From positions 19,468,001-19,532,000 of the forward strand of contig OZ296650.1 of NCBI GenBank assembly GCA_965655095.1: a stretch of 64,000 nucleotides of DNA, read 5' to 3'. Origin of the DNA: Haplodiscus bocki (Eukaryota). Position numbers and translations under genes: made by a program. The notes under the pieces were generated by a model. That model was not told the DNA's origin, did no database searches, and saw only the letters and a program-made list of their open reading frames with translations. Shown one piece after another: positions 41,801-55,500 of the stretch (positions are counted from its first letter, which is position 1; each line of letters begins with the position of its first letter).

Positions 41801-44800
41801 TGCGAAGTTTGCATTCGGAAATTAGTTGTGGCCTTGAAAGGAATTGCGCAAGATGTGCATGGTCAAAAGCATTCTCACAAGTATTTCAACGATTTTATTC
41901 CTGAAACACCCCAGTCCTCTCGAAAGTGCTGGATGTGCGACGGCTTCTTTGTTGAAGAAAGTCAAGTATATAAAATGGTAGACCATTGTCACTACGGTGG
42001 GGAATTCCTCGGCTATGCACACAACGATTGCAATCTCAAAAGAACAACGCTCAACTTCATTCCAATGTTAGCACATAATCTCTCCAACTACGACCTACAC
42101 CGTTTGTTCAAAAAACTTCATCGATTCGGGGCAGAATGGAAAATGGAATTTATTTCATCAACAGACGAGAAATACATCAATTTGTCAGCTGTCGTACCCA
42201 AGTGAACGTACTAGGACAAGAACGGCGTAAAAAATACTGTGTTTGATTATCTGAGGTTTGTTGAGTCCCTGCGAATCATGTCATCATCACCCGACAAATT
42301 GGTTACCTTTCTTCCAGAAGACAACTTCTCATAACTGCACAGCCATTTCAGGAACTGTTCTGACGACTAAAAGCGTCTATTCCACCGCAAAGGTGTCTAT
42401 CCTTACACCTATTTTGATGATCGTGGTAAATTCAGGAAAAATTTTTTACCACCGTTGAACTGTTGAAAAAATTCTCAACAGCAGGGATAAGTAAGCATGA
42501 GTCAAGACGAATGGAATCACGCTAATGAGGTGTTTAGTTGTTTTGATCGCAAAAACCTCGGAGATTACCACGAGCTATTCTTAGAACAGACACTCTGTTA
42601 CTAGCATGCGTGGTGGAGGAGTTCCCTAAAATGTGTTGAGACCTTAAATCATTGAACTGCGCACTCAACATTAGCAGTCCCAATGATCACAATTGTTTTA
42701 GATACTGCTTTTTCCGTGCATGGCATTCAAAGTCAGGTGCATTGCTGCAGCCACGTGGTCAAGATTTGCGTCGGTTGAAAACAAACCCCGGCACGAATTC
42801 CGCCTCTAATACACTGGCTCATCAATCAAAAAGTGAATTTGAAATGCCGATGGGATTTTCACAGATGTCAAGAGTTGAAGAATTGAATCTCAAAATCAAC
42901 TTTTTGGATTTTGGCAACAAGGAACTGGTACCCAATCGTGTCAGTAAGAAATGCTATACTGACTTTGACGTTGACTTTTTCTTATTGGAGGATGGTCTAA
43001 CTCATCAATATGTGCTCTTAACCAACCTAAAAAACCTAATCTGCCGCGTAAATGGTTGAACTCTGTCATCGAGAGGTTGCCTCTGCCGAAACTGCTTGCA
43101 TACATGTTCTTGAAAGGAATTATACCGGCGACACATTGTGAGCTGTTTCAACAATGAACCTGCATTGTTACTGATGGCGAAGCCAGGGAAAAACAATAGG
43201 TCACAAGGATTCAAGCTCGATGGTTCGCTCCAATAGTTCTTTACTTCCACTTGTAATACCTCATTCAGCCGGTTTCCGAATGTTTACAGCATGGTGAAAA
43301 AGCCACTACCATTGAATTACACAGAGCTGGTAGGTTTTGCTTAGAGGGGCTTGAGCATGGTAACCGTACACCAGCGTTGATTCAAGTTGAAAGGTGCGAA
43401 GTTTGCATTCGGAAATTAGTTGTGGCCTTGAAAGGAATTGCGCAAGATGTGCATGGTCAAAAGCATTCTCACAAGTATTTCAACGATTTTATTCCTGAAA
43501 CACCCCAGTCCTCTCGAAAGTGCTGGATGTGCGACGGCTTCTTTGTTGAAGAAAGTCAAGTATATAAAATGGTAGACCATTGTCACTACGGTGGGGAATT
43601 CCTCGGCTATGCACACAACGATTGCAATCTCAAAAGAACAACGCTCAACTTCATTCCAATGTTAGCACATAATCTCTCCAACTACGACCTACACCGTTTG
43701 TTCAAAAAACTTCATCGATTCGGGGCAGAATGGAAAATGGAATTTATTCCATCAACAGACGAGAAATACATCAATTTGTCAGCTGTCGTACCCAAGTGAA
43801 CGTACTAGGACAAGAACGGCGTAAAAAATACTGTGTTTGATTATCTGAGGTTTGTTGAGTCCCTGCGAATCATGTCATCATCACCCGACAAATTGGTTAC
43901 CTTTCTTCCAGAAGACAACTTCTCATAACTGCACAGCCATTTCAGGGACTGTTCTGACGACCAAAAGCGTCTATTCCACCGCAAAGGTGTCTATCCTTAC
44001 ACCTATTTTGATGATCGTGGTAAATTCAGGAAAAAATTTTTACCACCGTTGAACTGTTGAAAAAATTCTCAACAGCAGGGATAAGTAAGCATTAGTCAAG
44101 ACGAATGGAATCACGCTAATGAGGTGTTTAGTTGTTTTGATCGCAAAAACCTCGGAGATTACCACGAGCTATTCTTAGAACAGACACTCTGTTACTAGCA
44201 TGCGTGGTGAAGGAGTTCCCTAAAATGTGTTGAGACCTTAAATCATTGAACTGCGCACTCAACATTAGCAGTCCCAATGATCACAATTGTTTTAGATACT
44301 GCTTTATCCGTGCATGGCATTCAAAGTCAGGTGCATTGCTGCAGCCACGTGGTCAAGATTTGCGTCGGTTGAAAACAAACCCCGGCACGAATTCCGCCTC
44401 TAATACACTGGCTCATCAATCAAAAAGTGAATTTGAAATGCCGATGGGATTTTCACAGATGTCAAAGGTTGAAGAATTGAATCTCAAAATCAACTTTTTG
44501 GATTTTGGCAACAAGGAACTGGTACCCAATCGTGTCAGTAAGAAATGCTATACTGACTTTGACGTTGACTTTTTCTTATTGGAGGATGGTCTAACTCATC
44601 ATTATGTGCTCTTAACCAACCTAAAAAACCTAATCTGCCGCGTAAATGGTTGAACTCTGTCATCGAGAGATTGTCTCTGCCGAAACTGCTTGCATACATG
44701 TTCTTGAAAGGAATTATACCGGCGACACATTGTGAGCTGTTTCAACAATGAACCTGCATTGTTACTGATGGCGAAGCCAGGGAAAAACAATAGGTCACAA

Positions 44801-46207
44801 GGATTCAAGCTCGATGGTTCGCTCCAATAGTTCTTTACTTCCACTTGTAATACCTTCTTCAGCCGGTTTCCGAATGTTTACAGCATGGTGAAAAAGCCAC
44901 TACCATTGAATTACACAGAGCTGGTGGGTTTTGCTTAGAGGGGCTTGGGCATGGTAACCGTACACCAGTGTTGATTCAAGTTGAAAGGTCCGAAGTTTGC
45001 ATGCGGAAATTAGTTGTGGCCTTGAAAGGAATTGCGCAAGATGTTCATGGTCAAAAGCATTCTCACAAGTATTGCAACGATTTTATTCCTGAAACACCCC
45101 AGTCCTCTCGAAAGTGCTGGATGTGCGACGGCTTTTTTGCTGAAGAAAGTCAAATATATAAAATGGTAGACCATTGTCACTACGGTGGGGAATTCCTCGG
45201 CTATGCACACAACGATTGCCATCTCAAAAGAAGAACGCTCAACTTCATTCCAATGTTAGCACATAATTTCTCCAACTACGACCTACACCTTTTGTTCAAA
45301 AAACTTCGGGGCAGAATGGAAAATGGAAGTTATTCCAACAACAGACGAGAAATACATCAATTTGTCAGCTGTCGTACCCAAGTGAACGTACTAGGACAAG
45401 AACGGCGTAAAAAATACTGTGTTTGATTATCTGAGGTTTGTTGAGTCCCTGCGAATCATGTCATCATCACCCGACAAATTGGTTACCTTTCTTCCAGAAG
45501 ACAACTTCTCATAACTGCACAGCCATTTCAGGAACTGTTCTGACGACTGAAAGCGTCTATTCCACCGCAAAGGTGTCTAGTATTACACCTATTTTGATGA
45601 TCGTGGTAAATTCAGGGAAATTTTTTAACCACCGTTGAACTGTTGAAAAAATTCTCAACAGCAGAGATAAGTAAGCATGAGTCAAGACGAATGGAATCAC
45701 GCTTATCAGGTGTTCAAAAGCATTGTTAGCAAAAACCTTGGTGATTACGATGACATATACTTGGAACAGACACTCTGTCACTAGCTTGCAAGGTGGAGGA
45801 GTTCCCTAATGTGTGTTATGAGACCTTAAGTCAGTGAAGTGCTTACGCAACTTTAGAAGTCCCAATGATCACAATTGTTTTATATACTGCTTTATCGCTG
45901 CATGGCTTTCAAAATTTGGTCCATCGCTGCAGCCACCTGGTCAAGATATGCGTCGGCGGAAAACAAACCCGAGCACGTACTCACCTCTAACCCGCTGGCT
46001 CATCAACCAAAATGTGAATTTGAAATGCCGATTGGATTTTGACAGTTGTCGAGATTTGAAGAAATGAATCCCTACAAAATCAACGCTTTGGAATATGGAA
46101 AGAAGTAACTGGTACCCATTCGTGTCAGCAAGAAATGCAATACTGACATTGACGTTGACTTTTCCTTATTGGAGGATGGTCTAACTCATCACTATGGGCT
46201 CATAAAC

Positions 46208-49200
46208 AACCTAAAAAACTTAATCTGCCGCGTAAATGGTTGAACTCTGTCATCGAGAGATTGTCTCTACCGAAATTGCTTTCACATATGTTCTTCAAAG
46301 GAGTAATAGGAGCGACACATTGTGGGGTGTTTCAACAATGAACCTGCATTGTTACAGATGCCAAGGCCACGGAAAAACAAAATCAAGGTCACAAAGATTC
46401 AATCTCGATGGTTCGCTCCAATAGTTCTTTACTGCCACTTGTAATACCTCATTCAACCGGTTTCCGATTGTTTACAGGATGGTGAAAAAGCCACTACCAT
46501 TGAATTACACAGAGCTGGTGGGTTTTGCTTGAGGGGCTTGAGAATGGTAACCGTACACCAGTGTTAATTCAAGTTGAAAGGTCCGAAGTTTGCATGCGGA
46601 ATTTAGTTGTGGCATTGAAAGGAATTGCGCAAGATGTGCATGGTCAAAAGCCTTCTCACAAGTATTTCAACGGTTTTATTCCTGAAAAACCCCAGACCTT
46701 TCGAAGGTGCTGGATGCGCGACGGCTTCTTTGTTGAAGAAAGTCAAGTAGATAAAGTGCTAGACCATTGTCACTACGGTGGGGAATTCCTCGGCTCTGCA
46801 CACAACGAATGCAATCTCAAAAGAAAAACGCTCAACTTCATTCCAATGTTAGCACATAATCTCTCCAACTACGACCTACACCTTTTGTTCAAAAAACTTC
46901 GGGGCAGAATGGAAAATGGAAGTTATTCCATCAACAGACGAGAAATACATCAATTTGTCAGCAGTCGTACCCAAGTGAACATACTAGGACAAGAACGGCG
47001 TAAAAAATACTGTGTTTGATTATCTGAGGTTTGTTGAGTCCCTGCGAATCATGTCATCATCACCCGACAAATTGGTTACCTTTCTTCCAGAAGACAACTT
47101 CTCATAACTGCACAGCCATTTCAGGAACTGTTCTGACGACCAAAGGCGTCTATTGCACCGCAAAGGTGTCTATCCTTACACCTGTTTTGATGATCGTGGT
47201 AAATTCAGGGAAAATTTTTTACCAACGTTGAACTGTTGAAAAAATTCTCAACAGCAGGGATAAGTAAGCATGAGTCAAGACGAATGGAATCACGCTTATC
47301 AGGTGTTCAAAAGCATTGTTAGCAAAAACCTTGGTGATTACGATGACATATACTTGGAGCAGACACTCTGTTACTAGCTTGCAAGGTGGAGGAGTTCCCT
47401 AATATGTGTTATGAGACCTTAAGTCAGTGAAGTGCTTACTCAACTTTAGAAGTCCCAATGATCACAATTGTTTTATATACTGCTTTATCGCTGCATGGCT
47501 TTCAAAATTTGGTCCATCGCTGCAGCCACCTGGTCATGATATGCGTCGGCGGAAAACAAACCCGAGCACGTACTCACCTCTAACCCGCTGGCTCATCAAC
47601 CAAAATGTGAATTTGAAATGCCGATGGGAATTTGACAGTTGTCGAGATTTGAAGAAATGAATCCCTACAAAATCAACGCTTTGGATTATGGGAAGAAATA
47701 ACTGGTACCCATTCGTGTCAGCAAGAAATGCAATACTGACATTGACGTTGACTTTTCCTTATTGGAGGATGGTCTAACTCATCACTATGGGCTCATAAAC
47801 AACCTAAAAAACTTAATCTGCCGCGTAAATGGTTGAACTCTGTCATCGACAGAATGTCTCTGCCGAAACTGCTTTCATATTTGTTCTTCAAAGGAATTAT
47901 ACGAGCGACACATTGTGAGCTGTTTCAACAATGAACCTGCCTTGATACAGATGTCAAAGCGGGAGGAAAACAATATGAAGGTCACAAACGTTCAAGCTCG
48001 ATGGTTCGCTCCAATAGTTATTTACTTTGACTTATAGTCCCTCATTCAATCGGTTTTCGGTTGTTTACAGGATGGTGAAAAAGTCACTACCATTGAAATA
48101 CACAAAGCTTTTGGGTTTTGCTTAGTGGGGGTTGAGCATGGTAATCCTACACCAGTTTTAAATCAAGTTGAAAGGTCAGAAGATTGCATGCGGAAATTAG
48201 TTGTGGCATTGAAAAGAATTGCGCAAGATGTGCATGGTCAAAAGCATTGCCACAAGTATTTCAACGATTTTATTCCTGAAAGACCCCAGACCTCTCGAAA
48301 GTGGTGGATATGCGACGGCTTCTTTGTTGAGGAAAATCAATAAGATAAAGTGCTAGACCGTTGCCACTACAGTGGGGAATTCCTCGGCAATGCACACAAC
48401 AATTGCCATCTCAAAAGAGGAACGCTCAACTTCATTCCAATGTTAGCACATAATCTCTCCAACTACGACCTACACCGTTTGTTCAAAAAACTTGATCGAT
48501 TCGGGGCAGAATGGAAAATGGAATTTATTTCATCAACAGACGAGAAATACATCAATTTGTCAGCTGTCGTACCCAAGTGAACGTACTAGGACAAGAACGG
48601 CGTAAAAAATACTGTGTTTGATTATCTGAGGTTTGTTGAGTCCCTGCGAATCATGTCATCATCACCCGACAAATTGGTTACCTTTCTTCCAGAAGACAAC
48701 TTCTCATAACTGCACAGCCATTTCAGGAACTGTTCTGACGACTAAAAGCGTCTATTCCACCGCAAAGGTGTCTATCCTTACACCTATTTTGATGATCGTG
48801 GTAAATTCAGGAAAAATTTTTTACCACCGTTGAACTGTTGAAAAAATTCTCAACAGCAGGGATAAGTAAGCATGAGTCAAGACGAATGGAATCACGCTAA
48901 TGAGGTGTTTAGTAGTTTTGATCGCAAAAACATTGAAGATTACCCAGAGCTATTCTTAGAACAGACACTCTGTTGCTAGCATGCGTGGTGGAGGATTTCC
49001 CTAAAATGTGTTACGAGACCTTAAATCATTGAACTGCGCACTCAACATTAGCAGTCCCAATGATCACAATTGTTTTAGATACTGCTTTATCCGTGCATGG
49101 CATTCAAAGTATGGTCCATTGCTGCAGCCACCTGGTCAAGATATGCGTCGGTTAAAAACAAACCCGGGCACGAATTCCGCCTCTAATCCGCTGGCTCATC

Positions 49201-52200
49201 AACCAAAAAGTGAATTTGAAATGCCGATTGGAATTTCACAGATGTCAAGAGTTGAAGAATTGAATCTCAAAATCAACTTTTTGGATTATGGCAACAAGAA
49301 ACTGGTACCCAATCGTGTTAGTAAGAAATGCTATACTGACTTGGACGTTGACTTTTCTTATTGGAAGATGGTCTAATTCATCACTATGTGCTCATAACCA
49401 ACCTAAAAAACTTAATCTGCCGCGTAAATGGTTGAACTCTGTCATCGAGAGATTGTCTCTACCGAAATTGCTTTCACATATGTTCTTCAAAGGAGTAATA
49501 GGAGCGACACATTGTGGGGTGTTTCAACAATGAACCTGCATTGTTACAGATGCCAAGGCCACGGAAAAACAAAATCAAGGTCACAAAGATTCAATCTCGA
49601 TGGTTCGCTCCAATAGTTCTTTACTGCCACTTGTAATACCTCATTCAACCGGTTTCCGATTGTTTACAGGATGGTGAAAAAGCCACTACCATTGAATTAC
49701 ACAGAGCTGGTGGGTTTTGCTTGAGGGGCTTGAGAATGGTAACCGTACACCAGTGTTAATTCAAGTTGAAAGGTCCGAAGTTTGCATGCGGAATTTAGTT
49801 GTGGCATTGAAAGGAATTGCGCAAGATGTGCATGGTCAAAAGCCTTCTCACAAGTATTTCAACGGTTTTATTCCTGAAAAACCCCAGACCTTTCGAAGGT
49901 GCTGGATGCGCGACGGCTTCTTTGTTGAAGAAAGTCAAGTAGATAAAGTGCTAGACCATTGTCACTACGGTGGGGAATTCCTCGGCTCTGCACACAACGA
50001 ATGCAATCTCAAAAGAAAAACGCTCAACTTCATTCCAATGTTAGCACATAATCTCTCCAACTACGACCTACACCTTTTGTTCAAAAAACTTCGGGGCAGA
50101 ATGGAAAATGGAAGTTATTCCATCAACAGACGAGAAATACATCAATTTGTCAGCAGTCGTACCCAAGTGAACATACTAGGACAAGAACGGCGTAAAAAAT
50201 ACTGTGTTTGATTATCTGAGGTTTGTTGAGTCCCTGCGAATCATGTCATCATCACCCGACAAATTGGTTACCTTTCTTCCAGAAGACAACTTCTCATAAC
50301 TGCACAGCCATTTCAGGAACTGTTCTGACGACCAAAGGCGTCTATTGCACCGCAAAGGTGTCTATCCTTACACCTGTTTTGATGATCGTGGTAAATTCAG
50401 GGAAAATTTTTTACCAACGTTGAACTGTTGAAAAAATTCTCAACAGCAGGGATAAGTAAGCATGAGTCAAGACGAATGGAATCACGCTTATCAGGTGTTC
50501 AAAAGCATTGTTAGCAAAAACCTTGGTGATTACGATGACATATACTTGGAGCAGACACTCTGTTACTAGCTTGCAAGGTGGAGGAGTTCCCTAATATGTG
50601 TTATGAGACCTTAAGTCAGTGAAGTGCTTACTCAACTTTAGAAGTCCCAATGATCACAATTGTTTTATATACTGCTTTATCGCTGCATGGCTTTCAAAAT
50701 TTGGTCCATCGCTGCAGCCACCTGGTCATGATATGCGTCGGCGGAAAACAAACCCGAGCACGTACTCACCTCTAACCCGCTGGCTCATCAACCAAAATGT
50801 GAATTTGAAATGCCGATGGGAATTTGACAGTTGTCGAGATTTGAAGAAATGAATCCCTACAAAATCAACGCTTTGGATTATGGGAAGAAATAACTGGTAC
50901 CCATTCGTGTCAGCAAGAAATGCAATACTGACATTGACGTTGACTTTTCCTTATTGGAGGATGGTCTAACTCATCACTATGGGCTCATAAACAACCTAAA
51001 AAACTTAATCTGCCGCGTAAATGGTTGAACTCTGTCATCGACAGAATGTCTCTGCCGAAACTGCTTTCATATTTGTTCTTCAAAGGAATTATACGAGCGA
51101 CACATTGTGAGCTGTTTCAACAATGAACCTGCCTTGATACAGATGTCAAAGCGGGAGGAAAACAATATGAAGGTCACAAACGTTCAAGCTCGATGGTTCG
51201 CTCCAATAGTTATTTACTTTGACTTATAGTCCCTCATTCAATCGGTTTTCGGTTGTTTACAGGATGGTGAAAAAGTCACTACCATTGAAATACACAAAGC
51301 TTTTGGGTTTTGCTTAGTGGGGGTTGAGCATGGTAATCCTACACCAGTTTTAAATCAAGTTGAAAGGTCAGAAGATTGCATGCGGAAATTAGTTGTGGCA
51401 TTGAAAAGAATTGCGCAAGATGTGCATGGTCAAAAGCATTGCCACAAGTATTTCAACGATTTTATTCCTGAAAGACCCCAGACCTCTCGAAAGTGGTGGA
51501 TATGCGACGGCTTCTTTGTTGAGGAAAATCAATAAGATAAAGTGCTAGACCGTTGCCACTACAGTGGGGAATTCCTCGGCAATGCACACAACAATTGCCA
51601 TCTCAAAAGAGGAACGCTCAACTTCATTCCAATGTTAGCACATAATCTCTCCAACTACGACCTACACCGTTTGTTCAAAAAACTTGATCGATTCGGGGCA
51701 GAATGGAAAATGGAATTTATTTCATCAACAGACGAGAAATACATCAATTTGTCAGCTGTCGTACCCAAGTGAACGTACTAGGACAAGAACGGCGTAAAAA
51801 ATACTGTGTTTGATTATCTGAGGTTTGTTGAGTCCCTGCGAATCATGTCATCATCACCCGACAAATTGGTTACCTTTCTTCCAGAAGACAACTTCTCATA
51901 ACTGCACAGCCATTTCAGGAACTGTTCTGACGACTAAAAGCGTCTATTCCACCGCAAAGGTGTCTATCCTTACACCTATTTTGATGATCGTGGTAAATTC
52001 AGGAAAAATTTTTTACCACCGTTGAACTGTTGAAAAAATTCTCAACAGCAGGGATAAGTAAGCATGAGTCAAGACGAATGGAATCACGCTAATGAGGTGT
52101 TTAGTAGTTTTGATCGCAAAAACATTGAAGATTACCCAGAGCTATTCTTAGAACAGACACTCTGTTGCTAGCATGCGTGGTGGAGGATTTCCCTAAAATG

Positions 52201-52591
52201 TGTTACGAGACCTTAAATCATTGAACTGCGCACTCAACATTAGCAGTCCCAATGATCACAATTGTTTTAGATACTGCTTTATCCGTGCATGGCATTCAAA
52301 GTATGGTCCATTGCTGCAGCCACCTGGTCAAGATATGCGTCGGTTAAAAACAAACCCGGGCACGAATTCCGCCTCTAATCCGCTGGCTCATCAACCAAAA
52401 AGTGAATTTGAAATGCCGATTGGAATTTCACAGATGTCAAGAGTTGAAGAATTGAATCTCAAAATCAACTTTTTGGATTATGGCAACAAGAAACTGGTAC
52501 CCAATCGTGTTAGTAAGAAATGCTATACTGACTTGGACGTTGACTTTTCTTATTGGAAGATGGTCTAATTCATCACTATGTGCTCATAACC
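46208..52591 (+). repeat. Two-unit (3192-bp) higher-order tandem duplication
   Basis: Identical ORFs at offset 3192: 46236/49428, 46525/49717, 47031/50223, 47427/50619, 48125/51317, 48350/51542, 48633/51825, 49008/52200. The ends are approximate. Confidence 0.9.
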
Positions 52592-55500
52592 AACCTAAAA
52601 AAAACTTAATCTGCCGCGTAAATATTTGAACTCTGTCATCGAGAGATTGTCTCTACCGAAACTGCTTTCATACATGTTCTTCAAAGGAATTATACCGGCG
52701 ACACATTGTGAGCTGTTTCAACAATGAACCGGCCTCGATACAGATGCCAAAGCCGGAGGAAAACAATATGAAGGTCACAAATATTCAGGCTCGATGGTTC
52801 GCTCCAATAGTTATTTACTTCTATTCATAGTCCCTCATTCAACCGGTTTTCGGTTGTTTACAGGATGGTGAAAAAGCCACTACCATTGAAATACACAAAG
52901 CTTTTGGGTTTCGCTTAGTGGGGGTTGAGCATGGTAATCCTACACCAGTTTTAAATCAAGTTGAAAGGTCAGAAGATTGCATGCGGAAATTAGTTGTGGC
53001 ATTGAAAAGAATTGCGCAAGATGTGCATGGTCAAAAGCATTCCCACAAATATTTCAACGTTTTTGTTCCTGAAAGACCCCAGACCTCTCGAAAGTGCTGG
53101 ATATGCGACGGCTTCTTTGTTGAGGAAAATCATTAAGATAAAAAGCTAGACCATTGCCACTACAGGGGAATTCCTCGGCAATGCACACAACAAATGCAAT
53201 CTCAAAAGAAGAACGCTCTACTTCATTCCAATGATAGCAAATAATCTCTCCAACTACGACCTACACCATTTGTTCACAAAACTTCATCGGCTCGGGGCAG
53301 AATGCAAAATGGAAGATATTCCGTCAATAGACGGGACTTACATCAATTTGTCAGCAGGCGTACCATTGTAAACGTACTAGGACAAGAACGGCAAAACAAA
53401 GGTTTTATTCGAATATCTGAGGTTTGTTGAGTCCCTACGATTCATGCCGTCATCACTCCACAAATTGGTTACCTTTCTTCAGTAGACAACTTCTCATACC
53501 TGCACAGCCATTTCACGGACTATGCTGACGACCAAAAGCGTCTATTGCACCGCAAAGGTGTCTATCCTTACACCTATTATGATGATCCTGCTAAATTCAT
53601 GGAAAAATTCTTACCACCGTTGCACTGTTGAAAAAATTACCAACAGCAGGGAGAATTTAGCATGAGTCAAGGCGATTGAAATCACGCTAATGAGGTTTTT
53701 AAAAGCTTTGATTGCAAAAACCTTGGAGATAACCATGACCTATACTTAAAGCAGACACTCCTACTGGCATGCTTCGTGGAGCAGTTCGCTAAAGTGTGTT
53801 ATGAGACCTACAAACTTGACAGTCTCCATGATCTAACTTAATGTCACTTGTCTGTTGATGCATTTCTTCGCACCTGTGAAGCAGATCTTCACTTTTTAAC
53901 AGATAGACGTTATTTGGAGAATGTTAAAAATATGATAGATAGAGGCGTAGCATCGGTTTCGGAGAAACGTTTCTTGACGGCAAAGAATAACAATTTGATT
54001 GACTTCAATCACGGCAGAGATGAAACTTACGGAGTTTTGGTCATGCCAATAATCTTTACGTTGGAGTCACGGGAAATTTCTTCTACCGCTGAAAGGTTTT
54101 TGAACAATCTGCCGAATAGATCTGCAAGAGATATTGGACGCACCAACTGATTTTGAACTTGGTTTTATTTTGGAAGTGGATCTCCATTATCCAGACGAGC
54201 TACATGACGACCATAGAGACTTTCCACATGCACCTACTAAAGAAACAATATCTTATAAAGATCTTGTTTTCTGGCAACATGACCTGCTAGAAGGAGAAGG
54301 TGTTCTTCGATGTCAAAGCCAGCCGAAGAAACTCATACAAACCTTGTCGGATAAAAATAGTTATACTGTACACTATATCGCCCTGAAGCTCTATGTAAGC
54401 TTGGGCTGGCAAATTATGAAATTACACAGAGTCCTCTTGTGTCAGGAACCGTGGTTGAAGCCTTACATTCAACTGAATACAGAGAAACAATAGTAAAAAA
54501 AAAAATTTGAACAGAGCTTCTATAAGATGATGAATAACAGTTGCTACGGGAAAACATTGGAAAGCAAACGAAGTGGGGTCAACATGCGGTTGGTGTGTTC
54601 CGAAAATAAAGGTAGAGAACGTACAATTTCTCATTTATTCTGCGCTTTCAAACTTTTTGACGAAAACTTGACTACAATTACTTCCAAGAAAAGAAATATT
54701 TTATGGAACAAACCAACGATTGTGGGCGCGACTATCCTCGATTTTGCGATTGCGAAGTGTCATATGTAGGACTTCCATTACAATTTTATGAAATCGAAAT
54801 TCAACTGTCGATTGCTATACTCGGACACGGATTCTCTTCTATACGAAGTTAAAGGGAGACTTCTAACAAGAACTGAATAAAAATCCTGCGCTCAAGCAAC
54901 ATTTCGCTTTATCAAATGATCCTCAGAACCATGAGTTGTATAGTTCGGATCAAAAATTGGTCACTCCAAGTTCAAAGATGAGTTCGCAGGCTGTCCAACA
55001 AATGAGTTCATTGGAATAAAACCGAAGATGTATTCTATTCTCTGTGGTGGTAAACTGAAACTTTTGGAGAAAGGAGTCACATGCTTTGCTCAAGGTAGTC
55101 TCAAACAGGAACTCTACCTCGAAGTATTGCTCACAGGAGACTCATTCTCCACAATGAACACACGCATTGGTTCTAAAAACCATCATTTGCGAACGATATT
55201 CACGAAGAAGCTGTCCCGCAGTGCTTTGGATCACAAAATGTTCGTATTGGAAGACGATATTACATGTCTTTCTCTTGCACATCAATCGATCAGAGATATG
55301 GCAGTATTTAGAGAAATATTAGAAGAGGACGGATGGGGTGAAGATTTTTCATCATCTAGTCCAACATGGAGCTATATGGAGAACGAGAGATGTGTGTCTG
55401 GGGCAGACTCTCCAAGCACTCGAACTCAAAACAGTGTGCAAGCAAACGCATTAGACCCGATAACAAATTGGACACCACCCGATCACGGATTGAACCAAAG

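Larger units (their letters stand above)
28282..53809 (+). repeat. Tandem array of 16 ~1595-bp 'long' units of the same pPolB fragment, retaining the EndoVII-like zinc finger
   Basis: Same junction just before ~28289, 29886, 31486, ~33078, ~34673, ~36270, 37872, 39465, 41058, 42652, 44246, 45834, 47427, ~49029, 50619, ~52221. Each unit encodes KCWMCDG...DHCHYGG..G.AHN.CNL or a degenerate version of it. Confidence 0.97.

Noticed and set aside
1-53809. The many 60-160 aa ORFs as a functional multigene family
   Set aside because: They are in-frame or off-frame shards of one polB reading frame. For example, MKGQKSLQ.. and MLSPCESC.. are off-frame. The minus-strand ORFs are shadows.
1-53809. CRISPR-like or integron-like repeat-spacer array
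   Set aside because: Whole units are homologous end to end. There are no unique spacers, and no cas or integrase genes.
1-53809. Unit lengths of ~1330 and ~1596 being 5x and 6x 266 bp (internal sub-repeat)
   Set aside because: The monomer is non-repetitive coding-derived sequence, and the length difference is explained by the 271-bp deletion plus small indels.
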